From Raillietiella orientalis (Eukaryota), in the NCBI GenBank assembly GCA_036172245.1, contig JAYWIR010000015.1:2356001-2420000 (forward strand): a DNA stretch of 64,000 bases. The letters are read 5' to 3'. How positions within the stretch are numbered: the stretch's first letter is position 1; every line of letters begins with the position of its first letter. Positions 12,500-25,213 of this stretch are shown here, piece after piece. The notes under the pieces are model-generated. The model was not told the DNA's origin. It worked only from the letters and a program-made list of their open reading frames with translations, and searched no databases. Position numbers and translations under genes: made by a program.

Positions 12500-13300
12500 G
12501 CCGCTAAGAGAGAAGAGATGAATTCGGCACTCATTCCCAGGACTTCAAAAAAAGAAATATCTCGATTGTTTCCCTTCATTTGTTTTCCTCGTTGACGCTG
12601 ATATGAGGGACGTGAAAGTCTTCAGATAAAACATTGTTTGTTATTGCATTCACAGCTAAAACTCTGTAGACTATACATTTTTCCTTCTTAGAAAAATTGT
12701 GCTTCGAAGGAAATGTATTTTGGATTAGGTAAATCTATTCCTTTCATGAGCTCAATCTGGAGACCAGTGAGCAGTATTGAAAATTTCAGACTAAGAAGAA
12801 ACAGTTACTAGGAGGGAGAGAGGAAGTGTATCTCCACGAGAGTTCACTTTGATTTCAGCATTGCTATCACCTTCTCCGAAAGTGATCTCTAGTCTGAAAA
12901 CCGTGGCAGTCTCACTTGCCAGCATCAAGAGGAAAGTCTCGTAGCCACAAGTTCAGTTCTTTAGAAGCGAATGTCCTACCCTCATCTCCATGAATGACCA
13001 GAACTGTTCAGTTCTTTTAGGTTCAAGCGAAGGCCAACTGCATTTCTACTTCTACTCATGCAAAGATTTTCTTGACGAATTCCGTGATTTATGTGCGAAA
13101 GTTTTCATCCTATAATGTGTTTGAACACGCTCTTCTTGAACCACTGGCAAGACATGTTGCGTGGACAGAACTGAGATGCAAGATGCCTCTATGCCTCTCG
13201 GGTCGGAATGATATACCTCACCAGTGAACTGCCTACAATCACTCGATTTGCACCTATTCAGGGTTAAAAGCAATGATGAGCTACAGAAAGTCAGGAATAG
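12500..13300 (-). mobile_element. Degraded LINE RT fragment (RTE-like)
   Basis: PRGIEASCISVLS, VGHSLL, FGEGDSNAEIKVNSRGDTLPLSLL (cf. GvrQGDtlSP); weak. Confidence 0.3.
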
Positions 13301-14079
13301 GCAGTCAGCATCAGAAAGTTTTTTTTTTTTTGCCCTTCTCATCTTGAGTAAAAGAATATTTTTTCCTCCAATATGTAATTGTCGTATTGAGAAAAATTGT
13401 TTTTGTGATGGTAGGTATATTTCTTCTTTTTTTAGAAACAACTAACTGTACGTGTTTGCTATGTCAACAGGCTTGTTTACATCGAAGCTGAGGAAATGGA
13501 GATTGTTTTATATGTGAAAATTCAAACTTTCTTTTTTCATATTTTAATCTTGCCTGTTGTATCTATTTGCACATTTGCGCATCCGGTGCTGAGTTCATCG
13601 AGGTGTTACTAGGGAGGAAGCTTCTATCGACTCTTGGTCATTCGTGCATAGCCCTCCCGACACAAAAGCCTACCTGCTTGCTTTCCTTTCAGTGATCAGA
13701 AGGGGGAGAGAACTGCAAGGTTCCAGGATGTTATGAGCATGGAAGGTGAAAAGAGTCGTACTGAACCAGAGAGGAAGAATTCGAGAGTGAAGCACAAGCA
13801 CATCGCAAAAGCCGGCGCTCGCCATGCTCGCCTCCTTTCATAACTCCTTTATGATACTCAGTTGCAGTGAATAAAACTCTTCCGGTGAGTGCATCCGATG
13901 CAGACTCTTTGGAAGAAGGTGAGGTGACGTGAAGTCACCTCGGGTCTCTTCCGTTTTACGCTACATCAATGGCGTCCACGGTAGAGCATCAGCTGAGTGC
14001 TCCCACCAAGTGGTGGTATAGAATTCACTTCTGGCTACCAAGCTTTTTTTTCTTCCCTTCTTTCTTGTTCTCGAAATTA

Positions 14080-14450
14080 ACATCTATTTCCAAATGCCCG
14101 CCTCACTCACTTCTCTAGGAATAACGTTACGCTCTGCCGCATTTTGAGGTGTCCTCTTTGACCAGTTTTCCCTTGAATAATCTGCTTTGGTGCTACTGTG
14201 TCCTCCAGAAGCAGCGCTCCTGCACCTGTTTGCCTTTACAGATAGTCCCCTTTCCCAACCTTAAAGAACACTCTTGTTTGTTCCTACAGATGCCGTGCCA
14301 CTGCCACCAATCCGCTCATTTGCTTTGATGATTACATTCCTGCAACCAATGCCTTCTGATGGTTCCATAGAGTCAAGCTGTCTGCCATCCAGATGTGTTC
14401 AAGTGTTCGCGTCACCACGCTGCCCCGATAAGTCCTCAAAATGATTTCCA
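14080..14450 (-). mobile_element. Degraded RTE-like 3' ORF2 fragment
   Basis: LEHIWMADSLTL (cf. fADD), EDTVAPKQIIQGKTGQRG (cf. RlPKqil.g..gkR..GRP). Confidence 0.3.
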
Positions 14451-14649
14451 CCTTCTATTACACAGCTTCAGCATCTGTACTTCTACCCCTTACGGTGTAT
14501 AGATCTTCTTTTGTTTGCATGTGTGTGTGCATACGCGTGCACGTTGCATCTGTGTGCATCAACCCACACAAGTGAAAAAATTCAAGAGTGCGTTTATTTT
14601 TGTTCTTGTTACCAGGGATTTGTTTTTCCCTTGGTGACATTTGGCATCG

Positions 14650-15560
14650 TCGTCCTAATCTGCACTGGATAGGGACAAGGGACGAGTCGAGTTGATCTAT
14701 GCAATTCGAACTCACGTCGCTGAAAAACGCTCCGGAAGCTTGCAAGCTTCACTAGAGAATTCGGTCTTGCACGATCGTCCCAAAAGAGGGAGGGTTTTTG
14801 GTTTTCTTGCAGATTCGAAAGCTGGGAGCATCGGAACGATTCACGAGAGCCTCCAAGCTGCATTGCCAAAAGATGAGAGTAGCCGAGATTAAGAGTCGCA
14901 TATATCAGCTCAACTGATTCAAGATTCCCGCATCAGATCGTGCCTTGTCAGCAATGTCATTAAGTCTTCGTATTTTGACGCTCTGTGATCAGTTGTTTCT
15001 TGAAGCGTTCGACGAAGATGGACGAAGACTATTTGGTCGGCAAAGCAGAGAGAATGGTAGCAACAAAACAAAATACAGAGGGTAACGGGACGCAAGAGAG
15101 ACATCGCATACATCATAGGTTACAGGAAAACAGCAAATGCTTAGAAAGGCGTCACTAAACCTCATGGAAAGCGTACTGCTGGGAACTGAGTGAGGTAACT
15201 TGGTGCCTTTCACGCCCAGTCGCCCAAGTCCGCAAATACGATCACGGATATTTGGATTCGTTCCAGTTTCACTTGATTCTGGCTTCCCACAAAATTTTGT
15301 CCGACGTAATGTCTTCAACAACAACGGAAGAACTGGAACAGAAATCTCTGCTACAAGTGCTGCTACAAATCACCGCTTCACTCCTGCGGAAAGTTTGGGA
15401 AAAGAGTTCCACGGTTCTCGGGGAAGAAGGAACAAGTGCACTTTTTGTCTTCCTTGCAAGACAGAGCGCTCTTTCTAGTCATCACGTCATTGGGAATGAA
15501 ACGCTGAAGACTAAATAAAGATGAATCTGAAGAAGATTTCTTTATCTTGTTCAGGTGGAA
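14650..15560 (+). mobile_element. Degraded Penelope-like element (RT to GIY-YIG region)
   Basis: LENSVLHDRP, SYFDAL, IGYRKTA (cf. vYRKpT), SGFPQNFV (cf. NGYP..FI), FCLPCK, HVIG..TLKT. Confidence 0.4.
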
Positions 15561-17199
15561 GTGTGCAGCCTCGGGAAGTTCTTTTTTGGGTTTGATGGAA
15601 TGTAAGAGGTTCGCCTGTTTTAAGCTTTGCAGCCTCCCCACCCACCCCAAATTATCTTTACAATAATTTAAATTGCGATATCTGGCTATTCAGGCGTCTG
15701 CGCCTATTTCTAAAAAACAAACTAGCGAAAATAAATTCGAGCAGGTTCAGAAAAAAATCCACCTGGGATTCAAACTTGGCGTTTTTATGAATTTAGAATG
15801 TAAACCATCTGAAATCCTATTAAATGCCAAAAGAAGGCAACGAATTAGCTCGTGGATGGAGCAGTACTTTCAGATTAAGTGAGGATCAATACACGTGGAA
15901 CTGTGTGTTCCAGGGTGCCAAGAGAAACACGAGAAAAATGGCTTTGCGGAAAAGAAAAAATCAGCATGGATGTGGAATTCAAAACACGAGTTTCCGAAAA
16001 TGATCGGCAAATGGAACTTTCCAGAATCACCTAAAATCCGTTGCTATCTGTTGAACTGCCATTAGCCTGAACTTATTTTGCTGAGATGAGAACAGATTTC
16101 TTTTAGCAAGGACCGAACACGAGTCATGTCACTGTGAGCCCTCCTTCCCTCATTTCACAAAATGCCAACTTTATCACAATGAAGCTTCTGATGAAGATTG
16201 GCGCCGAGCACAAGAAAACGAGCAGCTCATACCCATGTGTTCTCTACTGATTAATGAGTGCGATGCATGAACATTCAGAGGGTAACTTGGTTTTTTTGGT
16301 ATATGTTTGTTTTTCTAGCTGATTTTCAGATGTATGAAATGTCCTTATGGATCCATGGTTGTACATGAAACTCAACGCTGAAAAAAAAAAAAAAATCCTA
16401 GAGGTATGAAAACACGAAATTCTGGTCTGTGTACAGATACAGAGGATATGTTTCTCGAAAGAAGTTGACATGACTATTGAGCCGAGCACTGGAGCATCGG
16501 TTTTCCACTTGTGAGCAGAATGAGGTAAACAAGTCTGCACGAATGATGGTGAATGATGGGTCGTCAAGTGTAGGATTGCTTCCCGTCTAGATGAAGGCTG
16601 TATCTATCCATCGTAGGTAATCTGCATCGACTCTATCGAGAACAGAAATGGAACATTTGTGCCAAATGGGGCGACTGTTAAATATTTCATGACATCCAAT
16701 TGTCCATACGTACTGTTCTATGATAAGTAAGGTATGTGTGTTATTGGTCAATTGTCAATTGTCATTGTCAATTGGTCGTTATCTAATTCTGCTCATATCT
16801 TTCTCGTTTGGTGTTTCTTACTGATAAAGAATCTTAGAAAAGTGATTCATGAATTTCGTTTTAATTTAGGGGTACACGATTTGGTTTGATTTTTTTCCAC
16901 ATAGATCCCCAGCTTCGGATTCGATGTATGGAAAGATGTGAAATGGAAATGATGTTGCACTGTTGTTGTAATTACTTTGATTCATCGGAATTGTGAATTG
17001 GAAGAAAAAAATTCCTTGTGCTCTTTTTAAAAAGCAAAGCATGCCGAGGGATTCAAGAATAAAAATGGATTTTCAACGACGAAAACACTGAAAGCATCGT
17101 AGCCAAAATGCCTCCCCCTTCGGAAGATTAGCATACCAAAATCTTTTCCAACATGCAATGAATTACTTTCGACTTGATCGCTTGACTCTTCCCGTTTCG

Positions 17200-17900
17200 C
17201 GAGATTAGAAGTGATTCACAAACCACGTTCTACATCATATCCCTCATGAAAAGGAGCCAGATAGCATTGATTTTCAGCCATACAGGCACCGATCCCTGCT
17301 GTCATTATCGTTCGCTCTTTCCTAGACATCAACTGCTCCTCTCACCTGCCCCGATTCGTGTATCATGCTGAGCCCACAAATCCTCTTGGCAGTCCTAATC
17401 GCCTGAATTTCTCAAGAAAGCATTTAAGCAGGCGGGATGAACTACATCCAGCCGCCAAGTTTTTCTGTTCTTATTCCCTGGTTGTACTAAAGTTCCATGA
17501 AATAACACAGAACTATGCCGTGCACAGTGTTTCTCTTCGAATCAAGCTTCTTTCTCGAGAGTAGGTTACTTCTGTCCCTATTGTAACTCCCATCATTATC
17601 GTAGGACCCACTCACCCTGTAAGGCATTCCTAGACATCATAATGAGCTTTTACGAAACGTTTCGCAAGCCATTCCACCAGCTCCATCCTCACTCCTATTG
17701 GTTTCTTAAAGCTTTATTGAAATCTCTCTCAAGTCTATCGATAGCCTAGCATCACAGCTTGCTGCCGTTGAAGTAGCCAAACATATCTCAAGCGATTCTT
17801 GAAACAGTGCTAAGTAACAGTCTTTCTTATGAAAGAGCTTCTCGACTCTTGACCGGAAATTAAACGGAAGATCTTCCAGCTAATGACAGGAATCATCCCA
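17200..17900 (-). mobile_element. Degraded LINE RT fragment
   Basis: DGAGGMACETFRK (cf. PGpDGi.aE), KKLDSKRNTVHGIVL, FLEKFRRLGLPRGFV. Confidence 0.35.
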
Positions 17901-19049
17901 ACTTTAGCAACCGAAAGTCGGATCCCCAAGAACACTACGTGATTCCGTGATTCAGCTGATCAGATAGCTCCTGCAGGCTTTAACCTTCCTTCTTCCATGG
18001 TTGCCCAACTCGAAATCGACGCTCGCAAACTGCCGATCTGATCTGTACGCAAAGAACATGCCTGTACCCTTTAATAGCTTTTCGTTTTCAGAGTCTCTTT
18101 CCTCTCTCCTCCTTCGTTCTCTTCCAAATGTAAGCACTATGAAAATCCGTTCCTCATCATACACAAGACAACAGTCCGCTAAATCTGAATTCACCTATCT
18201 CTCTTAATACTCCCATGTTCCAGGGATCAGCCCTTCATTATCTCACATGGCTCTATAGCTAAAAATACGGCTTCAGCAAAAACTTAAATAGAATTTCTCT
18301 TGGTTGCTTGAGATTCAAGTGATGCTGAGCAGATACTATCATTCGATCTTCCCGCATTCACACAAAGCGTTGTCGCATCCACTACCTCCTTCCTGATCCT
18401 TTGCTGCATTTGCGGTACTTTCCTTTATATCCATAGATCCTACTGTGAACAGCAATTTCTTGCAACAGGGTGAGGTGCAGGGTCGCCAGTCATTGATTGT
18501 TGCTGCAGCACCTGACCCTCCTCGAGACCTCGGTTCGTGATCTACGTGTGGTGCTGCGAAAAGTGACGCCGTTGCCCAGTCCGAATCAGACAGATCGACA
18601 GTTCACTCCACCTCCCCGATCCAAACCCCCCGTCCAAAATCCCTCCCACACATCCGCATGTCCACTGATAAGGTTCACTCGCCTCCTTCCTCTCAGCTGT
18701 ACCTTAAAAGCGAAATTGACCCTGCTCTGAGAAAACGACTCGTTTCCAAATGATCCAGACGGAAATACCGGAACCAGATAAGAAAACCGGCTCATCTGAT
18801 GACGCCGAACCGTTTCGATCCCATCACTCAACTCGCGCCTGCCGATTATATCACAATTAATTAGTGAGCCAGGTCTATTTATCACCGCAATTTATTTCCT
18901 CTTGAAAGACACCGGTCAGGTCTGCAACTTCTCATGCAAATAAAGAATGACTGCAGCTTCATGGAGATTAGCCTTGACAGTAATCAGCAGCTCAGATGGC
19001 CTATGTCGCGCTAGAAGCTACCTCTCGCTCCGCCTTAGCATCCGCACGG

Positions 19050-19700
19050 ATTTTATCATTGCAAGAGGTCAAGGGTAAAAGTCCTACTGCTGGCTTCGGC
19101 ATTTCGCAGATCCTAAATTTAACTCATACTTTTCGGACATGTTGATCCCAGTGAAGGTTTCTCTCTATTGTGAGCAGGATTCAGGACACTACCCGATTCC
19201 CTGTCTGTTTCCTGTGTTTCACTTAAGCGAGTTCATCGAGAACGATGCTGTGCAGCAAACGGCTCTGAGCAAAGAGCGCTGCAGATCGCTGCGACTCAGA
19301 AAACGTTGCTACCAGGGAACTGCAACGCGGGCAAAACGAATTAAACCGAACGAATCTTTCTGTCGAGGGTCGAGATAACAAAGAGACGGATACAGAGGGA
19401 ATCACTTGACTATCACAGCAATTTCAGTATCCTTGCATAGATCGGCGGAGGCAGAAAATCCGAAGCTTACGAAACTGAAGATTCACAATTCACAGGTCGC
19501 CCCATTTCACGTAAGTGCTGGGCGGAACATGTGGATTCGAATTATCGCAGGAGAAATTCATCCCAGATGCCAATCGTGAGGAAAGAATTCGCGGATCCCA
19601 CATGCTGCTTGCAGCCACGTGTGATGTACATCAGAGAAGCTGCCAGCAAACCCAGCTTGTACGAGCCGGAAAAGTTTACGCGCATTCGGTTCGACGAGTG
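19050..19700 (+). mobile_element. Degraded LINE RT fragment
   Basis: KGKSPTAGFGI, LIPVK, HYPIPCLFPVFHLSEFI (cf. YRPISLLpvlsKllE), SLDYHSNF (cf. lDf.kAFD). Confidence 0.4.
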
Positions 19701-19759
19701 ACCTCCGTGGGTCGACAAACACCTAACGGGCATTCGACATGGACAGCAAGTCTTACTTA

Positions 19760-20640
19760 AGAAACAAACGGTGCAAGCCGGAAAACAGACCACAGCCTTC
19801 AGGAGCCGGGAATAGATCGATGAGAGTTCCGGCCTGTAGCATAGGAACTATGGGATATTCAATGTCAAGCCACGCTTTTTCAAAGGGAAAGAAGAAAGGG
19901 GAGCCGAAATGGCAGAAGTGTCGGTCATTCGGTCATATGTTAAACAATAAAAGTTGTTCGAATAGTGATAATTAACTCTGTTAAGTAAGCAAACACTGCC
20001 TGAAGTCCATCGATCAGATCTGCAACTTTCCACGCAAATGAAGACTGACATTTGTTAAGTAAGAATATGAACCAATAACTGATGGTAATACTCCATAAGA
20101 AAGTTTTATACACAAAATTGTTGCTACTGCATGCATTTGGGAGAAATTTCTCCGAATGAGGTGACGTTGACGGCAAAATAAGGTTTTTGAAAACATTCGC
20201 ATCAGGCAAAGGTCGAGAAACTTTGGCTCTAGCAGAACCCCGAGCACAAACGCCATTGGCAACCGAGAATACCTATGCAAGAAGAGCCCGGTGTTCGCTG
20301 TTTACACCAAGTTTCATTCCATTCCCTCCCCCCCCCCCCCCCCCCCCATGTTATTGGTGAAGCAACAGTTGATGCTAGCAAAGCTCCTATGCGACCCCTT
20401 ATATTTCCCGTTAAAACATCTGATTTCTTGAGAGTGTGTGATTTCAAATCGGGATACGCAAACACACTTTGATTTGCCATCTTGGCAACACCTCAAGATC
20501 TTCCCAAGGGAGTTCTAGAACGCTGTGACATCCATCCAAGCCAGAACTTTCGTCGGTTCCTTTAAGCTCTAGGCCATCGTCGTTACATACGACGGGATAT
20601 ACGGTATCGTTATATACGTCGTTACATGCGACACTCTATG
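19760..20640 (-). mobile_element. Degraded Penelope-like RT
   Basis: IPSYV, LAWMDVTAF, CFNGKY, IRG-IGALLASTVAS (cf. Q..G.aMGspls..lA), KFLDLCL, NFSQMH, LLNRVNY; interrupted by a C20 run at 20328-20347. Confidence 0.55.
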
Positions 20641-20739
20641 TGGTTTCCGAATTTTGGACTTTCTAAGGGTGGATGTTCAGAGCCGAGATCATCTGAGAGA
20701 GTTCAACTTCACTGCCCCTAAGTTCCACAGCTCTCTCTA

Positions 20740-21450
20740 TCTTATAGGAATATGCTGATACTTCTCCAGTTCGGCTTGCTGCCGACCCCTAGACTGATAG
20801 GCTTATGAGGGCTGTGACAAATTTAAGGCAAGGATTCTTCTCGTAGAAGAGCTTGGATTTTATCCTAACAAGCTGATTCCCACCGATCTGATGCTAGCGA
20901 TGCAAAAACCTTATTATCTTGTGAACTCATTCCCTTCCTTGTTTTCACGCAAGCGTAAGTTTCGTCTTTCTGAGAGGACTTTGGCCTTCATCCCCTCCAC
21001 CGCGATATGCTTATTTCCAGCGTGGGATGGCTTCCTAAATTCGCATCATCATCTCTCATCTTTGCAAGCGTTCTCAAGCAGTCCTGTTTCCTTTACAGAG
21101 CGATAGCCGCAACTTGTTGGGAAAAATTTGCGATCCCCTCATCGATCCTCTACACCAATCTCTTCTGACAGTTGCACATACGCACACACCAAGAGTAAGA
21201 TATGCCACCTCTTATTAGGGGAAACGCTTCGCTTGCGGATGAAGAGCATACTGCAGTGGAGACCCGATTCCTTTGATTGCAGAGTTGAAACCCATTCCAT
21301 GTAAGAGTGCAATTAGCATCTGCACCACTTACTTAATTAGCATGGCACAACTGTTGCCAACTGATTAGCAGGGAAGAGTTCCTACCATCACATGGAAAGC
21401 TTCATAGCGAATGACACCTATGAAATATCAATGTTCTGTTTGCCGAACTC
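20740..21450 (+). mobile_element. Degraded Penelope-like RT, opposite orientation to the adjacent copy
   Basis: LDFILTS, LAMQKPYY..SLF, GFLNSHH, SDSCTYAHTK, RAYCS. Confidence 0.35.
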
Positions 21451-21649
21451 ACTCCAACCGCACTACTGTAGTTGAGAGAGAGAGAGAGGGTGAGAGAACA
21501 AGAATTAAACTGTCATCTGCATGGAGATGACCATTTATTACCATTTATCCTACGCAGCTAACAAAAGCACTTCCGCATCACATGATAAATCAGCGCATAC
21601 AAAAATGAGGGATCTCGAATGGCCACATTTTGGGGGGGAAAGACAGATT

Positions 21650-22700
21650 CGGGAATGAGATGCAAAATTAACTTCACAGATGCGTGCAGTTCTCTTGCCA
21701 TTTCTTCGAAACCGATCCATCAAAAAACGATTCTGTTTCGGAGAAATCAGTGGAAAGATCTCTGCAGTTCTGAATGTAATGAGCGTTCTCTCTGATGCTG
21801 CGTGAGAGATTCGTTAAGAGCTGTGATGCTCACGTGAGAAGAGAGATCGCAGGTATCATTCGAGAATCATTCCGTTCATCTCGATTCCAGTTGGTATCAC
21901 GTAAGGGAATGTGTTAGTTGAAGGGTACCTTGAACAAGACTCCTTGCAAAAACCGACACGTAGAATTTTCGACTGTGTAAGCAAACACTTGTTTGTAGAT
22001 CTGTTTGCTTTAAATCATCACGCATTTGCCGAAATGGAAGTGCCATGTGCAGAAGAGCAATTCTTAATCAATTCTACGGACGCAACTCACGGTTGGACTG
22101 TCTGAATAAATGCTGAATTAATATATATGGAATCTTTAAGAAATAATTTCTCCCTCTGTAATCACGGGTAATCAATCAGTGAAAATAAGAACCAACTGTC
22201 GCACACCCGATTTCCAATTGCTTTCTCACATGCATTTTTGTAGAGGCGCAACATCACAAGAAAAAAAAAAAAAAAAAAGGATTAAGAGAAAATTCTTGCT
22301 CATTTTGTGTACTAAAGCATCGTGTGCATTCTTCACTTTCGACTCTTGTCACATTAGAGAAACGCTATGAACACGAAAGGAGTTTTGCCACACATAGCAG
22401 GCACTCTAAAAATTTCTGTAACCGACCGACAAAAAGGACAGCATTAACACATGGTACTAAACACTTTGGTTTACCCAAGAAACCGCACTAAGAATTCTTG
22501 CCAGAGTTAACAATTTAACAACTGGAAAATGTTGAGCAGTCTTCTTCTGTCTTTCCAAGTCTTGGACAAGAATGGCTGGTTAGTTATTCAATGATCTTTC
22601 ATATCCGTGGAATCTGATGGGAAAGAATTTCTCGGTTCTCACTACTCTGGCTGAATGATTTTCGTGCATTAACATCGACTAAATTGAATAGGCAAGAACT
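21650..22700 (+). mobile_element. Degraded DIRS/Ngaro-like (tyrosine-recombinase retrotransposon) relic
   Basis: ENHSVHLDSSWYHVRE (RNase H end-like), IFDCVSKHLFVDLFALN...STDATHGW (cf. DIRS vDLFAs..N..DAf..W), TLKISVTDRQKG (cf. YR SKTDQ), FLGSH. Confidence 0.4.
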
Positions 22701-23449
22701 GCATTGGCTATAAAATATCTTTTAATACAGCCGCACGCAAAAACAATCGCACTGCAACCACAGGCTCGTGCAGCACCTTTTTTACGGGACGTTTCGTAAC
22801 TTCAGCCGATAAGAAACTCTTTATTCATCCTTCTGATGCAATCATGAGACGCGACCCACTTTTCACCTTGCATATTAACGATGCTTCGTTTTGGATACCT
22901 CACCATTAACAATCAATCCAATATAAAGAAAAAAAATGCTGAGAAAATAAAAAGACTTCAAGGAATAAGCTTCCAAAAATCAAAATGTAGCAATCGTAGG
23001 ACCTGGAAATCCCATTTTTGCCCTAGATGCCATCAGTTTGTCACATAGATTCACAAATTTTTCTCCATGGCCACATCTCAAACAATCTTCACCTGCGAAG
23101 ATGAATTTTTCCCAAATATCCTTCACCGAAGGTCGGCAGAACGCCTTAAGAGAAGCAAAGATGGATTCGTTGTTTGAGAAATAATCCCAAAGAGGTGTTC
23201 ATCCAACTCGCTCGTGTGCCGCCGTCGCTACGTTTGTCATCGCTGCCATCCAACATTCCGAAGAGAAGCGGGGGTCACCGCTTCCCTTTCGGCTTCGGAA
23301 ACAAGTGAACCCCATCTGAAGCTAAATCGGGAGAGCAAAAACCGCGGAGTTACACTTCAGCGCCGATTTTTGCCTCGACAGACTGTACATTTAGAAAAGA
23401 GCACTACTTCTGAAATTGGGCGTCAGGTATCCACAGCGATGAGAGACAT

Positions 23450-24480
23450 CTCTCGAAACGCCATGGCAGTCGTTTTTCAAACGCGGAAACGGAATTCGGG
23501 ATGCAGCATTTGAGCTCTGGGCCTCTACTGCCACTGTGGTACTTTACGAAAAACAACATCTAAAAATTCCTTTGCTGCGAAAGAAAGGCGCTGCCTATTT
23601 TGCGGCGGCCTTCGTCTTGAAAGGAACTTTTCCATCCACCATCAATCGAGATATGCCCACCTACAAGATTTTTGTCCCTCCCTGGCGTAGGGTGATGTTT
23701 AGTTGTTTCATTAATGATCACAATGCTTTTTAAAAATTGCTTATTAATGGGTTAGAAGTGTCTTGATATATCCGCACACATTGCAACTCGCTGCTACCGA
23801 CGTTCGGGTGTGAATCTGTGAAGGGCTCGTTGCGGACAGTTTCTGGATATCTTACGTGAACAGCGTGCAAGGATTGCATGAGAGTTACCATGGAGGATGG
23901 TCAACAGAGGTTTAACTATCCACTATTTTCTTCTGCACGAGCAATCTGATTCGGGGAGAATCTTCGTCATCTACGATAGATCATCACTCTTTGAATTGAC
24001 TGTGTCTATTTCAAAATAGACATGGACCATCTATTTTCTGTTCGTTTCAAGCATTCCTCTGAACAAATTTTGGACATTTGCTTGCAAATAGCCGAACAGA
24101 AGTCTCTCCTACCAAAGTAAAGAACCAAGTGGTATCGTTCGCCTGCAAGCCATTAGTTTGCGAAATTGTGGTGTTATACTTACAAGGAAAAAGAACAAAC
24201 AATCTACGTATCGAATGCCCCCCTCGGTGAGAGCCCCATCAAGGGCAACAACAACGCACGCAAACATCTCCTTAAGAGGAAAACAACTTTCACTACGACC
24301 ACAGACGGCCTAATCTGTAAGACACAGAGATTACGCATAGTATACGACTTGGCTACAGATACAAGCACGAAAAAGCAATTAAAGTGTTCCTTGAAGTTGA
24401 AGCTCAACATAAGCATCTGACTTATAGAACTGCTGACACGCCAAATGTATTTAGCTTTATAAACAGTTTGTCTTATAAAT
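23450..24480 (+). mobile_element. Degraded Penelope-like element (RT plus GIY-YIG tail)
   Basis: PPWRRVMFSCFI, CNSLLP, QFLDIL, IHYFLLH, IDMDHL, LATDTSTKKQLK-VFLE (cf. iLa.e...kR.flEa). Confidence 0.5.
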
Positions 24481-25213
24481 CCAAGTTGAATGTAAAACAA
24501 AAGGTTAGTCGTTGTACTCCTGTAACAACTCGTACGTTTTCTACCAGAATTTGTGCCTGCGTAACAGCATTCATACTGCATGGGTTTGCTTGCATTTGTG
24601 ACGGTTATCTTCATCGCTTTTATCTTTTTTTATATGTCTTAAATCGTGCTTCATATCCTTATTTAAATTTTTCCCCGAAGGTTCTTCTCGTATGCATCCT
24701 TTAGCAGCTTTTCAAGATGTATTCTTTGAACAAATTGAGGTTCTTTGATGCATTGATTCTGGGCTCATGCTAACCCACACTCGAAATCCAGGAATACCAG
24801 TCTTTCCCTTAATTATGAATTTCAATACGCGTTTGAGTGAATTATACCACGGGCCAGATCTAGATTCCAGATTTGCGAATCGTTTGGATAACTAAAAAGT
24901 GCCAACAACTTGGCGTCAGGAATCGAGATTTTATGGCATTTGAGGTCAAACACGTTAATGAGGATTACAGTTTTAAGAATCATACAAAAAACAATAAAAC
25001 ATGTGCCATGCTAAAGAAATAAAGTTAAATGTGATACGCTAACATAAAGAATCAATATCAGTAAATAATTTATAAGAGTGAAACCTAAGGATATGCCATA
25101 ACCGAAAATAAAGTCCTTCGTATGCACACAATTAAAACGAACCAAAACATTAACTCTTGATCTGAGATGTAATTTTATACTTAGAACGTAATGGTCGATT
25201 CATATACAGGTTT

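Noticed and set aside
23020..23400. Protein-like minus-strand frame (…SECWMAAM…PLWDYF…CLRCGHG…)
   Set aside because: Contains stops, matches no family I recognise, and adjoins a plus-strand Penelope-like relic.
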